Source: Crocosphaera subtropica ATCC 51142 (lineage in GTDB: Bacteria > Cyanobacteriota > Cyanobacteriia > Cyanobacteriales > Microcystaceae). Taken from it: 32,000 nucleotides of DNA. This document shows positions 1-8,234 of the stretch, piece after piece; position 1 is the first letter of the stretch; each line of letters starts with the position of its first letter. The stretch spans positions 3,810,001 through 3,842,000 of the forward strand of contig NC_010546.1 in the NCBI RefSeq assembly GCF_000017845.1, read 5' to 3'. The notes under the pieces are model-generated. The model worked only from the letters and a program-made list of their open reading frames with translations. It was not told where the DNA came from and ran no database searches. The translations under genes were made by a program, and so were the position numbers.

Positions 1-115
1 ATAAAAGTAATTTAGCACGGATACAAAACGGACAGGTTTGCCAAGTATAGATTTCTACATCCGCTTTCATCTTTTCTGGATGACGACCCAATAAAGAATT
101 AAAAATATTAAACAT
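1..115 (-). CDS. grxC: glutaredoxin, 5' part only (gene runs off the left edge)
   Basis: The reverse complement from ATG (115..113) reads MFNIFNSLLGRHPEKMKADVEIYTWQTCPFCIRAKLLL with no stop. YTWxxCPFCxRAK is the classic CPFC dithiol glutaredoxin active-site block. It is absent from the ORF track because it is edge-truncated. Confidence 0.8.
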   Translation of the reverse strand, partial: MFNIFNSLLGRHPEKMKADVEIYTWQTCPFCIRAKLLL

Positions 116-282
116 AGGAACCTTTGATGTTTTTACCTTTATTATTATAAAAGACTAAATAGGTCTGAGGGGAACAGGGGATATCAAGGTTTTTAACCTT
201 TGTCTGTTATGAGTTACCTATTACCTCATTCTCGAAAAGGGTTAGCTGATCTACAAAAGAAATGCTATAAAGGGCATAATAG

Positions 283-939
283 ATGATACAAAGAAATTCA
301 CATAATTTGAAAATTAACTGGGGAAAGGTTGTGGACTGTTGTGGGTTATCGTCGTTGATGGGTGATAGTTCGGAGTTGGAGAACAATACCTCCTATACCG
401 TTTCTGTTACTATTAGAGAGGCTCAATTACAGGATATTAAAGCCTTAACTGAGGTTCTCACCCTTAGCTTTCATCCTCCCAAAGGGTGGCTATCTTTCTT
501 TCAACCTATTTTAAAATTAGGGGTTTATGAAGATTTGCGATCGCGTCTCCGGGGAACCATTCCCTATTATTGTTGTTTTGTTGCGGTAGAAAAAACTTCA
601 ACTCTTACTAAAACCACAGAAAAAGTGATTGGAACTATTGAACTAAGTCTTAAAAGTGGATTCAATTGCCATTATCTTTATATCAGTAACTTAGCAGTGA
701 TTCAAAGCCATCGACGACAAGGAATTGCTAAACAGTTACTACAACAATGTGAAGAAATTGCCTCAAAATGGGGATATGATACCCTAAATCTTCATGTCTT
801 GGATAACAATTATCCTGCTAAAAAATTATATTTAAGTAACGGTTATCAAGTATCCGAAACTGAAGTCACTTGGCCGAATTGGCTGTTATTTCGTTCGCAA
901 AGACTGTTCTTAAAAAAACAGATAAAAACCCATGACTAA
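283..939 (+). CDS. GNAT-family N-acetyltransferase
   Basis: The 218-aa ORF carries the acetyl-CoA-binding motif A (LAVIQSHRRQGIAKQLLQQCEEIA) and a C-terminal NxxAxxLYxxxGY block. The start is uncertain, with an alternative ATG at 358. The stop overlaps the next ORF by 8 nt. Confidence 0.8.
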   Translation: MIQRNSHNLKINWGKVVDCCGLSSLMGDSSELENNTSYTVSVTIREAQLQDIKALTEVLTLSFHPPKGWLSFFQPILKLGVYEDLRSRLRGTIPYYCCFVAVEKTSTLTKTTEKVIGTIELSLKSGFNCHYLYISNLAVIQSHRRQGIAKQLLQQCEEIASKWGYDTLNLHVLDNNYPAKKLYLSNGYQVSETEVTWPNWLLFRSQRLFLKKQIKTHD

Positions 940-1414
940 TAACGTTTTTAACCAGGCAATAATTTCACAGAAACAACAACAAATCAATGAAATTTTGCAA
1001 AACTTGCATGATAAACAACTTTTGATTATTAACCCTCGTCGTAAAAATGGTTTAATTCTTTATAAACCGTATCATGCAGAATTTGCTGGTCCTGGGGCAG
1101 CGATTGGGGCTAATTTTGATCATGATGTTCTTGATGTTCTTCCTGTGGGTAAATTATCCTTAATGAAACCGAGAACTTCTCAAGAACGGATTAATAGTTA
1201 TTTAATTCGGCGACAATGGGTCAAATTGGCTAAACAAATTAGTGATAATACTATTCCTCAACAAAGGGCCCAGGTAATTTTAAATCAGTTTGAACATTGG
1301 TTTGATCTTGAAACAGCTAATCTTTTACCCAATGAAACCTTTGCTTTATTAGTGGGGGTACTCCCGCAAACCATGAAAAAAGTCCGCACCCAAAGCGAAC
1401 TTCTGTTGCAATAA
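932..1414 (+). CDS. hypothetical protein, translationally coupled to the upstream GNAT
   Basis: The 160-aa ORF has its ATG at 932 inside ATGACTAA, which also holds the GNAT stop at 937..939. Coding-like composition; I recognise no family. Confidence 0.6.
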   Translation: MTNNVFNQAIISQKQQQINEILQNLHDKQLLIINPRRKNGLILYKPYHAEFAGPGAAIGANFDHDVLDVLPVGKLSLMKPRTSQERINSYLIRRQWVKLAKQISDNTIPQQRAQVILNQFEHWFDLETANLLPNETFALLVGVLPQTMKKVRTQSELLLQ

Positions 1415-1491
1415 CTTTTCAAGGAAAATTAAGATTTCCTTCTGAACTTCCCTCTTATGATGAGATTAGGTGAAAATAAGGATGAATTTTC

Positions 1492-2145
1492 ATGGAACTC
1501 TTACCCTCAGAAATTCTGGCAACCAATAAATTTGATCAATGTGTTCTTAGTCTTGCCCTGATTAATATTTGTAATCAAGACAGTTATGTGGGTAAAGCCA
1601 TGAAACAGCGTTACAATGCTTGGAAATCGGAAACCGATGATCCGATTAATAATCCTTGGTTAGACTTGCATCAATTCACCATTTATGTGCCTCACCCTGA
1701 TCAAACCTACGAAGAGGTGACCTTAGAAGAAGGGCTGACATTAGGTTATAACATTGAGGTTGAACCCATTGTTGATCATGACAGCATTCCCTACAATATC
1801 CCAGAGGGAGGTCACTTCATCGCTGTTTTGAAACAAAATAAGGTCAACGGAGAATTTAGGATTGCAGCTACCGGAATGTTGATTCAGCCTTTAGCTGCTT
1901 TTAGTCTGGATATTGTCACCGATCCCGATGAGGGTAAATACGAATCTATGGTGGTTAAACATCCCATTATTCGAGATTATCCCCAAGATTTTGTACAACA
2001 AATTAGTCAATATCTCAATCAAGAAATTCATTTTAAACAACTTCCGAATTTAGTCGGATATGTTGATCAAAGCCAAAACCCCGATTATCGTCAACCCTCT
2101 TGGCAAGAAATTTATTTAGAAGGTCAGGGGTTAAAATTATTTTAA
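1492..2145 (+). CDS. hypothetical protein (soluble, acidic)
   Basis: The 217-aa ORF has no competing ORF on other frames. It lies on the same strand, 77 nt downstream of the previous gene. No transmembrane segments or motifs that I can name. Confidence 0.6.
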   Translation: MELLPSEILATNKFDQCVLSLALINICNQDSYVGKAMKQRYNAWKSETDDPINNPWLDLHQFTIYVPHPDQTYEEVTLEEGLTLGYNIEVEPIVDHDSIPYNIPEGGHFIAVLKQNKVNGEFRIAATGMLIQPLAAFSLDIVTDPDEGKYESMVVKHPIIRDYPQDFVQQISQYLNQEIHFKQLPNLVGYVDQSQNPDYRQPSWQEIYLEGQGLKLF

Positions 2146-2310
2146 ATACATAAAAATTCTTAAGTTTTTGGGTTAGACGTTGGGTTGTTATTGGCAACTT
2201 CTAATATTACTCATATCAGTTTATTTAAGATTTATCATGCTATTTACATTTACTATTATGAAATGAAGGATCAAGTGTTGTATTACGTCAATTCACTAAT
2301 CTCTAATTAC

Positions 2311-3843
2311 TCAAAATGATTCATTCATTTTATAGAGATGAATAATTTTATTAACCACGTCTTCAATGGTTAAGCCATCGGTGTTTAGTTCCATCGCATC
2401 ACTGGCTTGACGAAGAGGGGCTAAAGTGCGATGACTATCTTGATAATCCCTTTGTTCAATATCCCGTTCTAATTGTTGAATATCGATATTATCTTGTCCT
2501 TGAGCCTGGAAATCTATTAATCGTCGTCTTGCCCGTTCTTGGACTGAGGCCGTTAGGAAAATTTTAACGTCTGCATCAGGAAAAACATTAGTACCAATAT
2601 CTCGCCCTTCGGCCACAATACCCCCCAATTTCCCTAATTCCTGTTGATAACTGACCAATTTCTGACGAACCACAGGATAAGCAGAAATAGGAGACACTAA
2701 GGCGGTAACTTGGGGGGTGCGAATGGCGTGAGTTACATTTTCTCCATTGATAATGATTTGTGGCGGTTGGTCATTGGAGGGGAAAATAAATTCTAGATCC
2801 GCTTGGGAGACTAATTCTGCGATCGCACTTTCATCTTCTACGGGGATTCCTGATTTTAATACTAACCAAGCGATGCCCCGATACATGGCCCCTGTATCTA
2901 AATAGGTTAAATTTAAGGCTTTAGCCACTTGACGAGTCACCGTAGATTTTCCGGCACCGGCTGGCCCATCAATGGCGATAATGGGTTTTCGTACTCGTAA
3001 GATCACATTATCAATCAGTCGAGTTGACCCTACATAAGCTGCGATCGCTAATAACCCTGCTTCTTCAATACTATCTAAAGGTTGTAGGGTTTGAGGATGG
3101 ACACACTCAACATATTGAAGAGTGATACCAGAATAAGAGATTATTTTTTCAGTGACACAAGCCGTTAAAACGTTCGTTTGTCTTTCTCCAGCCATAAACA
3201 CTTGTTTAGCTGCTTGTAACCCTTGGTATAAAGCGATGGCTTCTTTTTTTTGTTCCTCTGAAAGATATTGATTACGAGAACTGTAAGCCAGTCCAGAGGG
3301 TTCACGAATAATAGGACAGCCTTTAATTGTTACTGGTAAGTTTAAATCCTTTACTACTTGACGAATAATGGCCAACTGTTGTGCGTCTTTTTCCCCAAAA
3401 TAAGCCACATTGGGGCTAACGATATTCAATAGTTTGGTCACGATGGTGGCCACTCCTTGAAAATGGCCAGGTCGAAACGGTCCACACAGAGATGAGATCA
3501 TGGCTGGAGGTGGTATCACTTGAGTGGGTGGCTCAAAGGTCTTATCAATACCCATTTCTTCAGAGCTTGGAGCAAAAACCGCCGTCACGCCCGATTCCTG
3601 GCACAGTTGAACATCTGTTTCGAGTTGACGAGGATACTTGTCTAAATCTTCGTGAGGGGAAAATTGTAGGGGGTTTACAAAAATGCTCACCACTACCACA
3701 TCTGCCTCAGACATACCACGACGAATGAGACTGAGATGACCTTTATGTAGGGCTCCCATGGTAGGGACTAAGGCAATAGTTTGCTTATCCCTCATCGAAG
3801 CTAAGTAGGTACGTAACCCGGCCACAGTTTTAAACAGACGCAT
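2311..3843 (-). CDS. panC: bifunctional pantoate--beta-alanine ligase / cytidylate kinase
   Basis: The N-terminal half has PanC motifs (VPTMGALHKGHLSL, YFGEKDAQQL). The C-terminal half has a Cmk P-loop (IAIDGPAGAGKSTV, LDTGAMYR). This PanC-Cmk fusion is characteristic of cyanobacteria. Confidence 0.93.
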   Translation of the reverse strand: MRLFKTVAGLRTYLASMRDKQTIALVPTMGALHKGHLSLIRRGMSEADVVVVSIFVNPLQFSPHEDLDKYPRQLETDVQLCQESGVTAVFAPSSEEMGIDKTFEPPTQVIPPPAMISSLCGPFRPGHFQGVATIVTKLLNIVSPNVAYFGEKDAQQLAIIRQVVKDLNLPVTIKGCPIIREPSGLAYSSRNQYLSEEQKKEAIALYQGLQAAKQVFMAGERQTNVLTACVTEKIISYSGITLQYVECVHPQTLQPLDSIEEAGLLAIAAYVGSTRLIDNVILRVRKPIIAIDGPAGAGKSTVTRQVAKALNLTYLDTGAMYRGIAWLVLKSGIPVEDESAIAELVSQADLEFIFPSNDQPPQIIINGENVTHAIRTPQVTALVSPISAYPVVRQKLVSYQQELGKLGGIVAEGRDIGTNVFPDADVKIFLTASVQERARRRLIDFQAQGQDNIDIQQLERDIEQRDYQDSHRTLAPLRQASDAMELNTDGLTIEDVVNKIIHLYKMNESF

Positions 3844-3878
3844 TTTTTTACGATTAAAAGAGGCAGGAGTTGGAACAT

Positions 3879-3924
3879 AGGAGGCAGAAGAGAAAATGTT
3901 TAGTTTAAAGTCTTCTTGCCTCCT
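3879..3924 (-). other. strong stem-loop between the rlpA stop and the panC/cmk start (possible terminator or processing site)
   Basis: AGGAGGCAGAAGA (3879..3891) pairs with TCTTCTTGCCTCCT (3911..3924) for 13 bp, with one bulged T (3916) and a 19-nt loop. No clear U-tract follows on the minus strand. Confidence 0.4.
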
Positions 3925-3935
3925 GTCAAGGACTG

Positions 3936-4946
3936 TTAACGTCCCAAAATTTCCAATTGTACTGGAGCCACACCACTATTTAGTAAACCAATAACATTAG
4001 CTGCTCCTTTGGATAAGTCTATCACTCGACCGTGGATGTAGGGGCCGCGATCATTGATACGGACGATGACAGAACGACCATTATGGAGATTGGTAACTCG
4101 GACTTGAGTCCCAAAAGGTAGGCTTTTGTGGGCCGCAGTTAGACCGTTTTGATTGTACCGTTCTCCATTGGCGGTTAAACGGCCATGAAATCCTGGTCCA
4201 TACCAAGAAGCCATCCCTTTACGACGACTGGTGACAGGGCGAACACTGGCTAAACCTGACTCTTGCTCAGGAGTTTGATTGGGGTTAACAATGGCGGTTA
4301 AAGGGGATGCATCTCCCATGAGTCGCCGTAAGCGGTTAGTGGCTTGTAAAGCGTCAACCGCTTCATTGCGAGTGGTATCGGGTAAGATAACTCCTTTATC
4401 GAGTTTGATTAATTCTTCAGACTTTAATTTAATACTATGGGTTTGATCGGAATTTAAGCTAACAGTTAGGTTTTCTGCTTTAAAAGTATTATCTTGATTG
4501 AGTTGATTTAAGCGTTGAGCGAAGGCTTTAGCACGATCAAGGGCTTCGCTTTCGATCTGGGTAGGATCGATGTCATCTCCCTGTTCTTTTAGGGCTGCTA
4601 GGTCTGCTTTTGACCCTAGGAACGTTAAGACTGGAATCTGACGAATTTTTAATGTGACTGCCAGTTGATACTTCCATTGATGGAGATGGAGTTTTGCAAT
4701 TTCCTTTGAGGCAGCTTGATCACCGACATCGGTTTTGATCGGTCCTAAACTGACAACATTCTTTGTCTGGAAATCGGAACTTTCTTGGGCAATAAGCGTC
4801 CCTATTCCTAACATTTCTCCTAATTTCTCCACTTTTCCACTGGTATCAGATGCTTCTGAACCCTGTAGAGAAGTGCCGATGAGGGCCGTAGTTCCTACAG
4901 TGGTCATTAAGGCAGTTGTTAGTCCGGTCCAAAATTTCTTATTCAT
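3936..4946 (-). CDS. rlpA: septal ring lytic transglycosylase RlpA-family protein (C-terminal DPBB domain)
   Basis: The C-terminus GMASWYGPGFHGRLTANGERYNQNGLTAAHKSLPFGTQVRVTNLHNGRSVIVRINDRGPY is the RlpA double-psi beta-barrel signature. The track ORF begins at a TTG (5009). I prefer the ATG at 4946 (MNKKFWTGLTTALMTT..., signal-like), which is preceded by AAGGGA. Confidence 0.85.
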   Translation of the reverse strand: MNKKFWTGLTTALMTTVGTTALIGTSLQGSEASDTSGKVEKLGEMLGIGTLIAQESSDFQTKNVVSLGPIKTDVGDQAASKEIAKLHLHQWKYQLAVTLKIRQIPVLTFLGSKADLAALKEQGDDIDPTQIESEALDRAKAFAQRLNQLNQDNTFKAENLTVSLNSDQTHSIKLKSEELIKLDKGVILPDTTRNEAVDALQATNRLRRLMGDASPLTAIVNPNQTPEQESGLASVRPVTSRRKGMASWYGPGFHGRLTANGERYNQNGLTAAHKSLPFGTQVRVTNLHNGRSVIVRINDRGPYIHGRVIDLSKGAANVIGLLNSGVAPVQLEILGR

Positions 4947-5442
4947 AGATCCCTTGTTAAGTGAGTTGTTCAACCCCTGGAAATTCTTTTGATTCAATGG
5001 ATTTTCCAACTTTGACTCCTCACAGAACTGCGTTTTACATTTCTTAAACCTTTACACAGTAGCACGAATTTTTAGGGGGGTGTCCTCTTCCTGATAATCA
5101 TTCGGAATGGTTTTCATTGAATCTTTAAATAAAGGTTTACAGGAAAAAGGAGATAGATTACGATAGTAAATTTGCTTAAATCCAGTCAGAAACGATCCGT
5201 GGAACTGTTGTGATCTAGTTAACAATTAAGAAACACTTAACCTGGCAATCTGTGATCCCACAAGAGACTTAACCTTGTAACATCTAAAATGACATTAGGG
5301 TCAATTTTCAGTATTTATACGGACAAATTAGTGTGACATTTTAAACATCGTAACCCTGAAAACCCTAAAAATTGTGATCGTTTTTGAGTATTTATATCAG
5401 ATTTTTAAATAATGTCTTGACAAACAACAACAATTGAGTAAC

Positions 5443-5474
5443 CCGGTTGTCAGGATTGTCATCCTGACAACCGG
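5443..5474. other. perfect 14-bp inverted repeat with a 4-nt loop (hairpin or operator)
   Basis: CCGGTTGTCAGGAT (5443..5456), tgtc, ATCCTGACAACCGG (5461..5474). It sits 48 nt upstream of the ATG at 5523. No T-run follows on either strand. Confidence 0.6.
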
Positions 5475-5522
5475 CCGTAGGATAGATTACAGTAGAGTCA
5501 TAAACCCTTTTGGATTTACATC

Positions 5523-5729
5523 ATGTTAGCGATCGCCATCAGTTATTATTGGGTTATTGCCTTAATTGTCTTTTGTATGTGGTTTAAGGTATTTTGGGCT
5601 GATGAGACAACGGCTAAAAATGATTTATCTTCTTGGCTCGTTCTTATTGTTGGTGCTAGTTTCTGGGTCGTCGTACTTCCTTTTGCTAACTTAGAATTAG
5701 TGTTAAAAGCTTATTCGATCAATAATTAA
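5523..5729 (+). CDS. small hypothetical membrane protein (two hydrophobic segments)
   Basis: The 68-aa ORF has two hydrophobic stretches (YYWVIALIVFCMWF and LVLIVGASFWVVVLPF). Its stop lies 3 nt before the tocopherol cyclase start. It could still be a spurious ORF. Confidence 0.4.
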   Translation: MLAIAISYYWVIALIVFCMWFKVFWADETTAKNDLSSWLVLIVGASFWVVVLPFANLELVLKAYSINN

Positions 5730-5732
5730 GCA

Positions 5733-6845
5733 GTGAAATTTGAGAATTGTCTTTTCTTAAGAGATTTATGGGAGAGGAAGCAACTATGGAAAACTCCCCA
5801 TTCTGGCTATCATTGGGATGGAAGTTCAAGGCGTTTTTTTGAAGGTTGGTATTATCGGGTTACGTTACCCCACTCGAATCAGAGTTTTGCCTTTATGTAT
5901 TCCATGGATGATCCTATTGGAAACCAATATCATAGTGGTGGTGCAGCCCAAGTTTTAGGAGCTAATGAAAGCTATTTATATCGAATTTTTCCTAATGTCA
6001 AAACATTTTGGGCAAGTCAAAAGCAACTCGCTTTATGTCACTGGCAACTAGAAAACTTTAACCTAAAACCACACATTCTTGAGCCTATCCTTTTTGAAGA
6101 GACAGTTAAAGAAGGGTATCAAGCTACTGCGACTTTAAATCAAGGATATATTGAAGATCCCGTTACTAAAAATTATTGTCGTTGGTGTTATACAATAAAA
6201 CCTATAGATGGTTGGGGACATCGTTTTTCACCCCAAGAAGCAACAGCCGGATGGTTATCTTTTTTACCTATTTTTGATCCTGGATGGCAAGTTTTAATGG
6301 CTCATGGATGGGCAAGAGGTTATATTGATTGGAATGGAAACATATATGAATTTGAAAACGCTCCTGCTTATAGTGAAAAAAATTGGGGACATTCTTTTCC
6401 TAATAAATGGTTTTGGATCAATTGTAATAGTTTTAAAGAAGAATCCGACTTATCTTTGACGGCTGCTGGTGGAATTAGACAAGTATTCAACTGGCAGGAA
6501 TCTGTAGGAATTATCGGCTTACATTATCAAGGAAAATTATATCAATTTGCTAGAGAAAATAGTCAGTTATCTTGGCATATCAAACCTTGGGGAAGTTGGA
6601 TCATGCAGGGAAAAAATTCGGATTTTGCAATTAAAATTGAGGGGAAAACTAAGAGTATCGGTACTTATGTTAGGGTTCCTACTGCTGACGGATTACAGTT
6701 TCTTTGTCGTGATACCGTGCAAGGAACTTTAAAAATAGAATTACAGAATAATAAAGGTAAAACTATCTTCAAAGCTACCAGTTCTTTAGGGGGTTTAGAA
6801 ATTGGCGGATCTCCTTGGCATAAAGATTGGATTTATGGAAAATAG
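5733..6845 (+). CDS. tocopherol cyclase
   Basis: The N-terminal block TPHSGYHWDGSSRRFFEGWYYRV matches the conserved VTE1/slr1737 tocopherol cyclase signature, and the ~370-aa length fits. The only in-frame start before the motif is GTG at 5733. Confidence 0.85.
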   Translation: MKFENCLFLRDLWERKQLWKTPHSGYHWDGSSRRFFEGWYYRVTLPHSNQSFAFMYSMDDPIGNQYHSGGAAQVLGANESYLYRIFPNVKTFWASQKQLALCHWQLENFNLKPHILEPILFEETVKEGYQATATLNQGYIEDPVTKNYCRWCYTIKPIDGWGHRFSPQEATAGWLSFLPIFDPGWQVLMAHGWARGYIDWNGNIYEFENAPAYSEKNWGHSFPNKWFWINCNSFKEESDLSLTAAGGIRQVFNWQESVGIIGLHYQGKLYQFARENSQLSWHIKPWGSWIMQGKNSDFAIKIEGKTKSIGTYVRVPTADGLQFLCRDTVQGTLKIELQNNKGKTIFKATSSLGGLEIGGSPWHKDWIYGK

Positions 6846-6919
6846 TATCAATTGCCTCAGAAAATTTCATTCATATCTATAATTATCAGTTATAGACTAA
6901 ATTATTACGTTTTTTGTTT

Positions 6920-8128
6920 ATGAAAGTTGGTATTATTCGAGAAGAAAAAAATCCCCCAGATTCTAGAGTTCCTTTAACTCCAGAACAATGTCAATATTTA
7001 ATGCAAATTGACCAAAATTTAGAGATAGTTATTCAATCAAGTGAAAAACGATGTTTCGCTGATTCAGAATATCAAGAAAAAAATATTTCTGTGGTTAAAG
7101 ATGTTAGCAATTGTGACATTTTGCTAGGAGTCAAAGAAGTTTCTATAAATTCTTTGGTTGCTAATAAAACTTATTTGTTTTTCTCTCATACCCATAAAAA
7201 ACAACCTTATAACCGCAAACTTTTACAAACTATTTTACTAAAAAAGATTCGTTTAATTGACTATGAATGTCTCTGTGATGTACAAGGAAAAAGAGTCATT
7301 GCGTTTGGTCATTGGGCTGGCGTTGTCGGGGCGCATAATGCTATATTAGCCTGGGGAAAACGTTATCAAAGTTTTGCTTTACAATCTATGCACCAATGTC
7401 ATGATTTTGCTGAAGCAAAGACTTATTATAATGATTTATCTTTGCCTAACTTTAAAATAGTCATTACTGGAGATGGAAGAGTTAGTAATGGAGCAGCCAC
7501 CGTGTTAGATTTAATGAAGATAAAACAGGTTTCGCCTCAAGACTTTTTAGAAGAGAAATTTTCCTATCCTGTTTATACAAAATTAGGAGTTAAAGATATG
7601 TATGCTAAAAAAGGAGAAGATATATTTAATGAGCCTAATTATTATAAACATCCAGAGGAATATGATTCGATTTTTGAACCTTATACTAAGGTAAGTGATA
7701 TGATGATCAATGGTATTTATTGGGAAAAAGGGGTTCCTACTTTTTTTAGCGAGGAAGATATGAAAAAAGATGATTTTAACATTAAAGTCATTGCAGATGT
7801 TACCTGTGATATTGCCCCAGATGCGTCGATTCCTTGTACCATAAGACCATCTACCATTGCTGATCCTATTTATGGTTATGATCCCAATTTAGAAAAAGAA
7901 ATTAAGCCATTTCAACCCCAAAGTATCGATATTATGGCAGTGGATAACTTACCTAATGAATTACCCCGTGATGCTTCAGAAGATTTCGGAAATCAATTAA
8001 TTGATCGAGTTTGGGATGAGTTGAAAAAACCTAATAGTCAAATGATTTACGATGCTACCATTGCTATTAATGGAAAGTTAAACCAACCTTATGAATACTT
8101 ACAAGATTTTGTTAATTTTAATCAATAA
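6920..8128 (+). CDS. lysine-ketoglutarate reductase / saccharopine dehydrogenase (LKR-type, AlaDH/PNT fold) family protein
   Basis: MKVGIIREEKNPPDSRVPLTP, FFSHTHKKQ...IRLIDYE and ITGDGRVSNGA resemble the LKR domain blocks of AASS-type enzymes (FSHTIKAQ..IRLIDYE, GTGNVSKGA). The track ORF starts at TTG 6914; ATG 6920 is more likely. Confidence 0.7.
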   Translation: MKVGIIREEKNPPDSRVPLTPEQCQYLMQIDQNLEIVIQSSEKRCFADSEYQEKNISVVKDVSNCDILLGVKEVSINSLVANKTYLFFSHTHKKQPYNRKLLQTILLKKIRLIDYECLCDVQGKRVIAFGHWAGVVGAHNAILAWGKRYQSFALQSMHQCHDFAEAKTYYNDLSLPNFKIVITGDGRVSNGAATVLDLMKIKQVSPQDFLEEKFSYPVYTKLGVKDMYAKKGEDIFNEPNYYKHPEEYDSIFEPYTKVSDMMINGIYWEKGVPTFFSEEDMKKDDFNIKVIADVTCDIAPDASIPCTIRPSTIADPIYGYDPNLEKEIKPFQPQSIDIMAVDNLPNELPRDASEDFGNQLIDRVWDELKKPNSQMIYDATIAINGKLNQPYEYLQDFVNFNQ

Positions 8129-8234
8129 CTTTGCTTATTATATTGTGTTTCTTTTTGCGATCGCTTGTTCAATATTGAGTAAAGACAAACTATTTTGATC
8201 AAGATCCAGTTGTAAGCTTAATAATATTAAGACC

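Noticed and set aside
283-1414. GNAT-toxin/antitoxin (TacT/AtaT-like) module
   Set aside because: The gene order, the partner size (160 aa, downstream, no obvious RHH/DUF1778 features) and the 218-aa GNAT do not match known type II GNAT TA systems. It is kept only as a generic coupled-pair finding.
3492-3728. 78-aa plus-strand ORF
   Set aside because: It lies entirely inside, and antisense to, the strongly supported panC/cmk gene, and it has no recognisable motifs.
4735-4992. 85-aa plus-strand ORF
   Set aside because: It is antisense to the 5' part of rlpA. It is a hydrophobic low-information translation typical of a shadow ORF.
6547-6732. 61-aa plus-strand ORF in an alternative frame
   Set aside because: It is nested within the tocopherol cyclase coding frame, which is supported by conserved motifs along its length.
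8129-8234. Terminator between the LKR-like gene and uvrA
   Set aside because: The only symmetry is the AT-only palindrome CTTAATA-A-TATTAAG near 8219..8233, with essentially no loop. That is too weak to call.
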